Positions 1 to 16,518 of a stretch of 64,000 nucleotides of DNA are shown in pieces. Source of the stretch: the human T2T-CHM13v2.0 reference genome, Homo sapiens; NCBI RefSeq assembly GCF_009914755.1, contig NC_060925.1; one strand, written 5' to 3'. A program made the translations under genes and the position numbers. Each line of letters starts with the position of its first letter. The stretch's first letter is position 1. The notes below the pieces were generated by a model. It had not been told where the DNA came from. It was given only the letters and a program-made list of their open reading frames with translations, and ran no database searches.

Positions 1-1565
1 TCAGATTATAAAAATTAACTCTATTAAATGTATGTTATCACCTCACTTAAAGAAGAGGGGAAAAGTTGCTTATCTAAGTAACTTTGATGATTATTGGAAA
101 CTGTAAGTCTGAAGGCAAAAGGAACAGTACGTAAGTACTATTCTAGCTGGCAAAGTTATGTCTCATGTGGGTGTGGATGAATAATTCTCAAAATTCTATA
201 CATGTGTACTGTGATTAAACAAAAGTAAATAGATGTTACATGGTAGGAGCCAGCTTCTCACTGTTGGAAGGGGAGGTTACATCAAACAGGAGGAAATCTA
301 GAATAAACCCTGTAGCACTGGGTTAGAGTCAGAGACACTAGTCTGAACTCATGCTAGCTTAATATATGGATAGGTACAAATGGAAATTATTATAAATATG
401 TGCATGCATAGATTAGTATACATAGGTACATTTCCTAGCTCTATTATTTGCTGAGAGGACCTATGAGAAATAACACCTCAGTACCGACAAAGCAACAAAC
501 CCACTCAGCACCCAGATCTTCGTTTCTAGAACTATCCTCCAATAGACGGAAACAAGCAGAAAGGGCTTGTTACTTGCAGAAAGGGCTGATTCTAGGACTG
601 AGGCAGGGAATATACAAGATGAAACTAGATTATCCTGTAGTGTCAGAAATAAGGAAGCACTGAAAAAAATAAAATGATGGGGTCATGTCAAAAGCATACA
701 AGAGTCAATCTGAAAGGTCTCCCAATGGCCTAATCTGGAATAATTTGAAAGACAAAATAAATAATATAGTTTTGGATCATAACCCAAAATGTAAACTAAA
801 CATCCATGAGTCCATATTTATATACATAAATGATTGAATGCATAAATTAATGGGAGGGAAGAAACAAGTTTCCAGCACTAAAGAATTACAAAGAATATAT
901 GTAGTATTCCCCTTTCAAAGGAGTGAAGCTTAATGTCCTACCCCTTGAATATAAGGTGTGCTTAGTAATGCTCTTCCAAATAAACACGGTATGGAAATAG
1001 GGAAATAAGTTAAATAAACACTGTATAAACCTGACAAACACTACTCCAGCCAAGTGATTCAGGTTAACATAATCAGTGATGTATGTTGGTATCATGTACC
1101 CTTGATGGGATGTAATGAAAATGACACTTCATGTGAGTGATCTTCCTCCAAAAACCCATAACCCTTATTTAATCATGAGGAAAACTTCAGACCAACTCCA
1201 ACTGAGAGATGTTATTTCAAATACCTAACCAGTTCTCCTCAAATTTTTCAAGGAAACAAGGTAAGTGTAAGAAACTGTCAGTCTAGATGAGCCACAGGAG
1301 ACATGATGACTAAATAGGTGATATCCCCAATGGGATCGTGGCACAGAACGAAGATTTTGGTAAAAATAAGGAAATAATTGTAAACCATGAATTTTAATGA
1401 ATTATAATGTGGCAATATTGCTTCATTTGTTGTGACAAATGTACCATAGTAATATAAGATATTAATGATAGGGGAAGTTCTATATGAGGTATTCAGGATT
1501 CTCTGTATTCTATTTTCAACAGTTCTATAAATTGAAAACTATACTAAAATAAAAAGTTTATTAAA
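1..1565 (+). mobile_element. Old L1 (L1MC-type) 3' region
   Basis: Typical L1MC 3' end: gtgacaaatgtaccatagtaatataagatattaat...aaaataaaaagtttatt. Confidence 0.7.
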
Positions 1566-1897
1566 AGGTTAACACAAACAGAAATTAAAATATGAATATT
1601 TTATATCTATTAAAGAAATACACTTCATGATTAAAACCTTCCCACCAAGAGAAAAAATAGCAGAGCAGAAATTCACAAAGCTGGCCTGTCGAACACTTAC
1701 TAATTTTATCAAAATCCAGTTTGAGTGTCTTCTCTAGCTTGACGGCTTTCTCCTTCCATTACCTGTATTTCTTTTGTACTCAGTTCTGCACTTATTGGCA
1801 TATTTATATGTGCCTCTTTGTTCTACTTTAAGTTCTCTAAGTCGATGATTATACTTAACTTTTCTCCACACAATCAATGCCCACCAAACATAAATAT

Positions 1898-2308
1898 ATG
1901 TGGTTGCCAATATGTGCTGACTACCCTAACCCCCACTAATTATGAATGTGACTTATTTGGAAATAGAGTCTTTGCAGATATAATCAAGTTAACATCAGGT
2001 CATACTGATTTGGTGATTTTATGAGAAAGAAGAGGGAGATTTACACACAGAAGCAGAGAGACACGCAATGAAAAAGTCTATGTGATGATGAATGCAGATA
2101 TTAGAGTGATGCAACTGAAAGCCGAGGAATTACAAGAATTGACAGCAATCACCTTATGCTAGAAGGATTCTTCTCTGGCATCTCTGGAGGTAGCGTGGCC
2201 CTGCTGACACCTTGACTTAATATTTCTAACCTCCAGAAAGTGATAAAATGTATTTTTAACCACCCAGTTAGTGGTAATTTGTGATAGCAGCCCTGGGAAA
2301 CTAATACG
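1898..2308 (+). mobile_element. MLT1-type MaLR solo LTR
   Basis: gaatgtgacttatttggaaatagagtctttgcagat...gcagccctgggaaactaatac matches the MLT1B/C pattern. Confidence 0.75.
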
Positions 2309-2322
2309 TTGAAAAGGACTAT

Positions 2323-2668
2323 GGCCGGGCACAGTGGCTCACGCTTGTAATCCCACCACTTTGGGATGCCGAGGTGGGTGGATCACCTGAGATCGGGAGT
2401 TCGAGACCAGCCTAACCAACATGGAGAAACCCTGTCTCTATCAAAAATACAAAATTAGCTGGGCGTGGTGGTGCATGCCTGTAATCCTAGCTACTCGGGA
2501 GGCTGAGGCAGGAGAATCACTTGAACCCGGGAGGCAGAGGTTGTAATGAGCCAAGATCATGCCACCTCACTCCAACCTGGGCAACAAGAGCGAAACCGTG
2601 TCAAAAAAAAAAAAAAAAAAAAAAAAAAGAAAGAAAGAAAGAAAGAAAGAAAGAAAATAAAAAGAAAA
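2323..2668 (+). mobile_element. AluS (AluSp-like) with A/GAAA tail
   Basis: Full dimer; TSD GAAAAGGACTA at 2311-2321 and 2669-2679. Confidence 0.95.
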
Positions 2669-3630
2669 GAAAAGGACTAAATGATTAAGGAGCTGACCAG
2701 GGGATGTGTCAAGATAATAGTTTTAGAAAAACAGTGAGAGACAAATCAAATAGCAAATAGCTAGGAAGTATGTGAGTAATTAATAAATTAATATCATAGT
2801 CATAAACCATTCTTCCAAAAATGTCTGAAGTGATCAAAACAAGAATATATTATGCTTTTTCACTTACATTAACAGTAACGTAAAAGTTTTATATTAAGCA
2901 ATTTTGCAAGGCTGTGGAAAAATACCTGCCTTTATGTGCAATTGGGAGTTTGGGAATTAGGATAACATTCTTGGACAACAATTTGTAATGTCTTGAAACA
3001 TAAAAATTCATAGCATCTGTGGCTTTGCAAATGTATTCTCATTTTAGAAATTCCCTTCCTAAGCGTATTTTAGCCAATATTACATACATCCATTTTCACA
3101 GTTACATTCAAATGAAAGTAAGAGGTACTTTTTCTCTTTCTTTTATTTCCCTGCTGTGTAATCTAACTCAGCTTTTCTTTGCAGCCAGTTCTATGTGCAA
3201 AGAATCAGGATACCATTTCATTCCATGTTATGAAGGTCAATATGTAGTTCAATCTTAAAATAACACAAAGGCCAGAGAAATGCTTCTATCTGGCTCCAAC
3301 TAGCCCTGAAGCCCATATTGTGTTGGCTATTAGTTAGATACTGGTAGTACGGGGTTTACAACAACTAGTCACTACCATTATTCCCTTAAGAATAGGTTTC
3401 AACTGACTTTGAACATTGTTTTTCAAATCATTTTATTGATGTATGATTAACACATAAAACTGTACATATTTAATGTATACAACTCATTTTTAAGAACAAA
3501 GAAGGCATCTATTACAAATCTCACTGTAGAAGTGGAAATTACTTCAGTGGAAATTTTTCACACTATTAATGACCTTTTAAATTTAAATAGTTTAATCATT
3601 TTAAGATGCCATTATAAAAATAGTCACCCT

Positions 3631-3952
<322 letters not shown>

Positions 3953-6420
3953 CTACAAAAGTGATCATTACAATTAGCCTGACCTTGGACAACTGCTGAA
4001 ACAGGACTAAGGATTACAAATAAGACACCTAGAATTGCATATTTTATTTAGCAGTTTAACCATTTTTGTATATAATACCCTGGCACTGAAACCATGGAGA
4101 AGTGAAAATTTTTATCTGTGAGTAATTTTTAAAGAAGGTTTTCATATGTAATCAAAAGGAATCTTCATCACCTTGGCATTCAAATTTATTTCTAATAATT
4201 CACCTGACAGAGAAAAATAAACACTTGTATACCATTAAGAAATCTCCCAGGGAATTAATAGTTTACTTCATCTTTTTTGGTTTATTGATTACTTTTAAAA
4301 AATGCATGCTTTTATGTGCTATTGAGAATTTGGGATTACCTTAAAGATTACTTTAAAATCACTTTTGAGGAATACTTTGTGAGTGGAACTTTATTCCCTG
4401 GGAATATCTAATGGAAAAAAGTTTCTCTTTTACAATCAAATGCTGTTTTGTTAATTTAGTGATGACATTAAATATGAATATTATTAGTAATGTAATGTTT
4501 AATGATTAATAAATAGGATTTCTTATTAGAATTAAAACTTAACAATGGAACTAGCAGTAATTATGTTGTTTTCTGATATATCAATAAAATATTTTATCAA
4601 ATCTACTACAAGTTGGTCATGTACCCAGATTAATTTTTACATTTTTTTTTTTGCTGTTGATTTAAAAATTAATTAGGGTTAAGGAATAGATTTTTTCTGG
4701 GGGGGGAATAGAGATAGCATAATAACTATCAAAATGTAAACATATATGAATTCTCAGGCATCATTTTGAATTTGAATTTCATTTAAATGATATGTATAAG
4801 CTAATCTAATTAGTTATATTAACTGGGTTATAAATTATTTACTTACAACTAATAAATGACAATTAACCATCTACTTTCAGTCATTTACTAATTATACATC
4901 ATAGGTAAGACTGGTTTTATTTTTCCCAAGAAATGATTACTTCTATCTGATATGTAGCAGTACATAATTTGTTAGATATCTTGGAAAATTAACTTACAGA
5001 AAGCAAATACACTCTACTTAAGTATGATCATTACACAACGTATTAAATTATGTCTCTATGAATCTTCATTAGAGACTGGAGAATATCAGCTCTAAGAGTT
5101 CCCTCTGTCCAAAACCAAAATTGATAACAAAGCTTTGGAATAAAATACACTTGGAGTCAAAAAGGCAGCGAGACTATTGTGTACATGCTCAATTGAGGAA
5201 CCAGACAGCCAGGGATCAAATCTCAAGTTCACTACTAACTTAAGCAAGTCATTTTAACCTCTCTGGAATTCAGATTCCCTAGGCAGAAAACGGCAATGAT
5301 AAAAGTATATTATAAAGTTTTTGAGTGAATTAAATTAGATAATGCATTTAATACAGCACCTGACACATATAAATTAATCATTACATAGCAATTAAAATTG
5401 AGTCAGTAGAGCTTGGAAAGTTGATGCAGTGCCAGTGCTGGGCCAAAAAAGTGACTTTGCTCACAGATTTCTAATATGCCATTTAAAAGACAGAAATTTG
5501 CAGTTGTGTTGTGTGTTGTACCCTGGGATAAATGCCTGGGAACCTGGGAAAGAGAACATTAAAAGAGGCAGCTGGTATAGTGAAGGGAGGAAAATCAATT
5601 TTCTCTGAAGATTTTAAAAGATTTTGCATGCGATTTTAGATGACTGAGGAAGTTGCCAAGGATATGGTATTTTTTTTTCCTTTACCTTCAGATGGTTAAA
5701 TTATTTGAAGAGCTTGCAATCTAGCTTTAATAATGCACCTAATAAAATAATTGCAATAAATATAAATGTAGGATCATGTGTGTTTTCACTTCCTTACAAC
5801 TAAAATTAAACAAAATCTAAAGTCATCATTCTTCACTTTTGTCCAAATTATTGAATTGTGCTAGCAGTGTCCTTTTAGAAAGAAGTAAAGCTACTAAGTG
5901 GGAAAGGAAACTTTGAATGTTAGGGCTTCTTCATGCAATGAAAAAATGTTCTAAAATAAATCATAAAGGTGACCTTTATCTTAGGCAATGCATATAAGCA
6001 CATAAGGGTATTGGGGCATTATTTTTTTCCTGCAATTAAAAGGGAAATATAACAAGGACACTTTTCAGGATTTTAAAACTCTTTTTTGGGAGAGAAAGGA
6101 GACCAGTATATGTCTGAGTCAGTAAGGGGAGGAAAATTTGATTTCAAATCAGGAAAAGTGAAAGAAAATGACAAGCTGATCATGATTTGAATTAATTAGA
6201 GAAAGGACAATGGACTCTGCACAATTCTCTTCTTTTTTGTAACTTTAATTTGTGTTGTGCTTTAATTTGTACTAGCTATACTTTCAAAGTGCTGGTGGTT
6301 GTGTGAGGGTACAGACAGAAAAGCCCAAACCATGACAACTGAAAAAATAAAAACACAGACTGAGTAATTGATGACTGAATCTTCACATGTGAATTATAAC
6401 ACTTATATTTGTGATTATTA

Positions 6421-6744
<324 letters not shown>

Positions 6745-6899
6745 TCAGATGTAACTAGTAGTTTTATTATTAATAATTCATGATGTTTAATATCCTGCTC
6801 TTTTGAATATATATCAAGATCACCATATGGAAAATACTCATTTCCTTTCCATCCTTTTTCTGAGCATAATGGGCACCTGATTTGGACTACCATATCACT

Positions 6900-7035
6900 T
6901 AGCACTATCTTATGAAAATTTCTATGATGATGAAAATGCTCTGTAATAGCCATTACCTATATGTGGCTATTGAGTATTTGAAATGTGACTAGTGAGACTG
7001 ATGAAGTGATTTAAAATGTTTAATTGATTTAAATG
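6900..7035. mobile_element. MER3/MER33-like hAT-Charlie fragment
   Basis: atgtggctattgagtatttgaaatgtgactagt motif. Confidence 0.55.
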
Positions 7036-7039
7036 TTTA

Positions 7040-10393
<3,354 letters not shown>

Positions 10394-10399
10394 GAAACA

Positions 10400-11450
10400 C
10401 AAAATATAGTAGGTATAGTCATTGTGTGATAAAGTCTTTGTTACCTTGAATTTCTACGTTTTTGTTGAATACTTTTTTGACTTTTCCTTCATATGACACC
10501 ATTTTATAATATTTTCAGTGTACATAAAATAGAAAAAATAATTCAGTCTTTCTTTTAGTATGTTTGATTTAAATTTGTTTCTTGTTATGTGGAAATATTT
10601 GAAGTCATTTCAAGTTCACCACTTATGTCTAAACATTTTTAAGATTGTCATCAAATTTCGGAAAAAATCCTGTCAGATTTCCCTGACATAATAAGCTCCA
10701 AGGTTTCAGGACATTAAAAGAGTTCTAATGATATAATTAATATTAAATGTTCTTTAAATTGAAACATTGAAAACTAGTTTGACCTCAATGTCTTCATTTC
10801 AAAGGTGCGTTGTAAATTTTATGGTATTGTTATTGATGCCAATATATTGTGAATGACTTGAGCAAGTTTTCATTTTTACTAGGAGAAGAATCAATGAGAA
10901 TGGAATCATCCACTTAAAATTTTACACAGCTGATCATAGTCTTTATACTTTTTAATCTTGTTTCTCCTTCACTACACATAGACTTCTGGTGTCGGGCATA
11001 TTCATATGTGCTGTCTTCAGACACTGAAGTTTTGTGTTATGATGCAAATTGATTTGGCACAGGGGTGGTAGGAGTATTCCTGGAAGCCATTCTTACACTT
11101 GGAGGACCATCAGTTATCAAATTATATTTAATTGAGACTGTAAAATATACCACATAAATCTCAAACTAATAGCATTCTATGTGTAACTTTTTCTTGCATC
11201 CTTCAAATGCCTGAAACTGTAATGTCAACTGAATCAGTGGAAATGCAATGAAGGGGAAATCAGCATAGAATAAGAGAGACAGCCGTTCATTCTCTTGCAA
11301 TTAAGAGATTAATTCTCTTCAATTTTTTACAAAAATAGATGACCATGCAGAAACGTTATTAAGGGCCAGCTCAGGTCCTTGATGGTGTCTGTTCAAATTA
11401 GGAGCCCTGAAGCTTAGACTTCATTAGCTTCATAGAAAAATCAAGCTCTG
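10400..11450 (-). mobile_element. Zaphod-like hAT-Tip100 DNA transposon remnant
   Basis: End ggagccctgaagcttagacttcattagcttcat...ctctg resembles the Zaphod terminus; minus strand near 10530-10590 reads RNKFKSNILKERLNY, like the hAT C-terminal dimerisation motif. Confidence 0.6.
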
Positions 11451-12644
11451 TTATAAATATTAGTTTTTACCCTTTTTCTTTACATTGAGATGCTGTGTAA
11501 TAGTTGTATTATGAATTCATTCAGTAATTTATTTAATTTGTCATTTCTCTGAGTCCTTTTTCCTCCATCTATTTTAATACAACCGCCAAAGCACCATTAC
11601 TTAAATAATGCATGACTTACATTTCTTCCTCAATTAGATCTATCAAAGATTCTTTATTGCCTGTAAAATAATTTGCAAGTTTTTGATCTGGAATTCAAAC
11701 CATTCCTCATTTAAAGCTCCTTTTACTTCTTCCACAATTTCCTTGTGCAAAACCACTGCTCCAATGTGAGTCTTCTCATTAATTCTAGATTAGTCCCCAC
11801 ACTTTCCTATTCTTCACAGTCTCAGTGGTACTCTTCCCTTAAACTACAGTGTAATATCCAAGTGTTCTTAAAATCATCCCTGATCAAAACCAGTGTTCAG
11901 TAATTTCTCTTTCTTGTAAACTTCCTTCGAAAATTTTAATCATAACAGTCATTTGTTACTTAGCATAGATATTAACTATTTCTAATTTTTTAAATATGGA
12001 TTTTTCTCTAATACAAATTTATATCCTTACTCTTCTAAATTTTTAATGTCCAAATATACATAGTATGTATTTGCTGAGAATGTGCCAACATGAATATTGA
12101 AAATAAATTGGATCCATTTCATGTTTAATCTTAGTATTAATAGTTAACTATTTACTATCTGGTCTTTCTAATGGTAATCTAATACTACATAATAATTTTA
12201 TGAGTTTAAGGCATAATATGTTGCTAATTTTCTTATGTTCTGAATTTCTTTATAATAGACTTTTGTAGTTTTGAAAAGTATTGATGAAAAAAGGGAAACA
12301 AAAACACTCAATTGACGTTAGCCATCAGTCTTTGAAAAAAGGTAGGATAAAGAAAAAATAGTAAAAATAATACATCTGAAAGATATTTGTTGAAATTAAT
12401 TCAAGAGGATTATTTCTACTTGGATAGTAGAGTGGCATTTTACATTCAACAATTGCAAATTAGGTGAAGATTTGTATAGCAAAATCATTCCTGTATGTAC
12501 TTTAAATTATCCACAAACATATATATGTGTGTGTGTACCTTCAATACTTTTACAGTATATGCATAATTGTAAAATAAATAAATGTGAAGCATACACTAGA
12601 GTACATATGTGAATATTTTACTATATTTTTAAACACATATTTTA

Positions 12645-12840
12645 AACACAGACCACTGGATTTGATACCTGGCTCCAGCAATGTCTTGTGACCTTAAGGG
12701 AGTTGCTAAAATGTTCTGTGGTTCAGTTCAGTCATCTATACCTTTGAAAGAGTAATAGTCTCCCATTTCATTGTGTTGCATTAAGTATTGAATAAATGTG
12801 CTTAGATCTGTGCCTGGTATATAATTAACACTCAATAATA
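12645..12840 (+). mobile_element. MIR
   Basis: ctggatttgatacctggctcc...tgtgacctt...gtgcctgg...ctcaataat core. Confidence 0.6.
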
Positions 12841-13179
12841 TTAATCTTAGTAAGTTTCTGGAATACTCTCCAAGTGATAATATTGCTATTAGAATAGAAA
12901 CCACTATTGGAAATTTAAGCCCCAGGTAAAATGTTTGGATTCATACTCAAACAGATAAAACTAAGGAAGGAATAAAGAAGAAGTTTAAATGATCTAGTAT
13001 GTCAACATATGTGTTATCAGTTAAATCAAATTAAACTTCAGAATGATAGTTCAGAATTCGAATTTGCTTGATTATTCATATATCCATGCTATTTTATTTC
13101 TTATTTTTCTCAGAACAAATGACTAAGTCTAACTCTTATTCCTTATATTTTTATTACAAAAATAAAAATAAAAATAAAA

Positions 13180-15800
13180 TAAAATGTAAAATTCACATTG
13201 GAAGCAAAATTAGAGTTAGGGTGGGCCATTTAATATGAGAAAATGACCAATGCAAAAGAAGGATATCACAATTCTAAATACGTATGCAAGCATCATCATA
13301 GCCCTAAAATATATAAAGATTCACAGCATTAAACAGGGAAATACACAAATCCACATTTATAATGGGAGATGTAATACACCCTTTCAATATCTGATGGAAT
13401 AATCAGACAAAAACATAATAAAAATACAAAAGATTTTAACAAATTACAAACTTGACCTACTGACATAGGTAGAATTTTGACTATAATGGGCCATAAAGAA
13501 AGACTCATCAAATTTTAAAACAGTGTAATTATTTAGAATATGAAATTAAAAAAGAAATCAATTTAAAAGATAACTAGAAAGCCAAAGTTCCCAGAAATTT
13601 ACACTTTAGAAAAGTTTTAAAAATAAACTATTACAGTAAGAAGAGCTTGGTGATATAGACCCACACATATCCAGCACCTGACTTATGACAAAGGTGAAAG
13701 CATGTCAGTACAGAGGAAAGAATGATACTTTCGTTGAATAATGCTATAACAATTGGATATCTCTATTTTAAAAATGCATCTGGAGCTTTTTATTATGCTA
13801 TACACAAAAGACAATTACAGTTGTTCTAAAGGTCTTAAATGTGAAAGATAAAATAATTCTTTTAGAAGAAAAGCATTGTGTTCTAGGACTAGGCAAGCTT
13901 TCATTAAATAGGACACATAATGCACTAGTCATAGAAAAAAATTGAAAATTTGCTCTATTTTAAAATTAAGGAATTCTTTTTATTATTATAAAAGACATGT
14001 AATACTGAATAGAAAGAAAACCCACAGACTGGAAGAAGGTATTTATAATACATATTAATAAGATTATTTTCATATCTAGAATATATAAGTAATTATATAT
14101 AAACAGTTCCTACACTCCAATAAGTCAAAGACAAACAACTCAATAAGAAAAAAATATGCAAAGGATTTGAATAGAACCTTTACCAAAGAGGGTATCTAAA
14201 TGACCAGTTACCACAGGAAAGTTTCTCAACTTCATGTTAAGGGCAGGAGACAGGGAAATACTGGGTAGAAGAGGGTGGTCCCCAAGCAAAGGCCCCACCC
14301 TCAAGCCTGAAGACCTGTGGCCCTAAATGAGGACAGGCATTTCAGGTTTCACACCCAAAAAGTTGCCTTTTGGCCCGCCATGCCCCGCTGTCGTACCCCC
14401 ATATAAATCCCAAACTCCAAGCTCCAGAAGAGACCTACAAGTGAGGAGACGGAGAGGCAAGCCGACAAACAGGCCTGCGATGGCAGAATGACACAGCAGA
14501 GAAAGAGAGGAGGGACATCTGGACTCCGAGGGGAGTTTGGCCAGGGACGGGTGGAGAAGAGTCTGGCCACTGGGAGGCCTGACACTGGGCGAAGGTCACC
14601 TTCCCACTCCATCTTGCTGACAGCCACCTCCACCACTCAATAAAAAGTTGCCCTCATCCCTCGAGCCCCCGTGTGATCCGATTCTTTTGGGACACTGGGC
14701 AACAGCTGGGGATATAGAGGGCTATTTCACTGTCCCACTACCCATGAGATAAGGAAGAGGGTTTGTTGAGCTGATTAACACATAAACCATTTGCAGATGG
14801 CAAAGCTAAAGGAGCACACTGTAACATACGCCCACTTGGGCTTCGGAAATCGCAGACACCCACCCCTAGATGCTGCTGTGAGGCCAGAGCCCGAAAGCGC
14901 TCACTCCGGTTCCCGCACCGGTGCATCTGTGTGCTCCCCCTCCCCGTAAGGGGTTTGAGCTGCAGGGCGACCTAACTGGCAAGCCGCACACCTGTTGCAT
15001 GTCCTTCAAGGGGAATCAGGGATCTCTCACATTTCAATTAGTCATCAGGAAAATTCATATTATAACCACGGAGAATTATTGCTTTGTGTTACCAGAAAAG
15101 CTAAAATTACAAGGATTAAAATTACCAAGTATCTCTGAGGGTATGGAGCAACTTGGACACTGCTGATAGAAATGTCAAGTGATGTCAAGTGTTATAATCC
15201 ATTTGGAAAATTGTCTAATTTTATCCATTACACCTAAACATAAATTATGTCCCAGTGTTTCACTACCAAGTATGCACTTACCAGAAATGTGGATTGTGTT
15301 TACCAAAAACCTCATAATATAAGGCCCATAGCAGCACTATTCATACCAGCTCCAAACTAAAATCTGCTCAAATGCTCACTAACAGGCACACAGATAAATA
15401 AAATGTGAACTATTCAAAAAGTGGAGTATTAAATCGCAATAAGAATGAACTATCTGTAACTACATCTAACAATGTGTTTGAATGGTCCAAACACAATTTT
15501 TGGTGAAAAACTCTAAACATAAGAATAAACTGCTTCTTTTTCATTATACAAAGTACAAAAGCCAGACAAATATATTCCATGTTCTTGAAGATCAGAATCG
15601 TGGTCTCTGTGTGTGGGGGGTGTGGGAGAGGGTTGAGAGGCGTATTGACTGAAAAGGAGTACTGGGGTTTTCTGGGATGTAATAATGTTCAGTGTTTTGA
15701 CCTTGGTGGTGGTTTCACAGGTATCTTTACCTTCTCAATATCCAGCATATGATTTATGTTTTCCTTATACATATTACACTACAATACAAAGTTTTAAAAA
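13180..15800 (+). mobile_element. Old L1M fragments including 3' end, interrupted by an LTR
   Basis: Degenerate ORF2 and 3' UTR motifs, e.g. attagtcatcaggaaa and gcagcactattcata. Confidence 0.7.
14235..15036 (+). mobile_element. ERV1 solo LTR, LTR1-family-like
   Basis: TG...CA, ~800 bp, GC-rich; start caggagacagggaaatactgggtagaagaggg; TATA-like ATATAAAT at 14401; AATAAA at 14639. Confidence 0.8.
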
Positions 15801-15899
15801 TCAGCATTTCAATTTGTTGATTTTTGGATTATTAAACCTATTTACGTCAAATGAGAGTGAGCCAGTTGCTTCATACACATATACAAAAAGTATTTAGAA

Positions 15900-16460
15900 A
15901 ACTAATTTCATAAATTGCTAGAAAAGCAGACCCCCAAATTCATCAAGCACTGCATTCTTGGCAAAGTTTGTACACATTGTCTGGGTGCTGATTGTGAAAA
16001 CATTGCCTAAACCAAAGTTTTGTATGTGATTTCTTTTAAAGTTTCTCTTATTTCCTGTTCTGAGGTTTATACACAATAGACCCGAATAGAGTTTGAATAA
16101 TTGAAGGGTTTATGAAATCCAGAGGATATCACCAGCTGCTGATTTGCACATACCAAGAACATGAACATTTTCCAACGGAGAATTTCCCTAGCTTAATAAG
16201 AAAAAGTCCAAGAGCCGGTCACAGCATTAACATTTAGTGGGAGTGCAGTGAGAATTGGGTTTAACTTCTGGCATTTCTGGGCTTGTGGCTTGTGGTTGAT
16301 TTTTTATTTACTTTGCAAAAGTTTCTGATAGGCGGAGCATCTAGTTTCAACTTCCTTTTGCAGCAAGTTCTTTCCTGCACTAATCACAATTCTTGGAAGA
16401 GGAGAACTGGACGTTGTGAACAGAGTTAGCTGGTAAATGTCCTCTTAAAAGATCCAAAAA
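15900..16460 (+). promoter_or_regulatory. CFH: CFH proximal promoter and 5' UTR (non-CpG-island)
   Basis: Unique sequence between the end of the upstream L1 (~15800) and the ATG. Contains a kB-like AGAATTTCCC (16179-16188) and a GAS consensus TTCTTGGAA (16390-16398). The exact TSS cannot be determined from sequence. Confidence 0.75.
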
Positions 16461-16518
16461 ATGAGACTTCTAGCAAAGATTATTTGCCTTATGTTATGGG
16501 CTATTTGTGTAGCAGAAG
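16461..16518 (+). CDS. CFH: Complement factor H coding exon 1 (signal peptide MRLLAKIICLMLWAICVAE)
   Basis: ATG at 16461; translation is the known factor H leader; ends GAAG|gtaaga (58 nt, phase 1). Confidence 0.99.

Noticed and set aside
11030-11110. Minus-strand frame reading WSSKCKNGFQEYSYHPC, superficially like a CCP pseudo-exon
   Set aside because: Cys/Trp spacing does not fit a sushi domain, no splice context is evident, and it lies within the hAT-like remnant.
15172-15191. ATGTCAAGTG x2 (and a similar 19-bp tandem at 56601-56637)
   Set aside because: Ordinary short slippage duplications in old repeat or intronic DNA with no sign of function.
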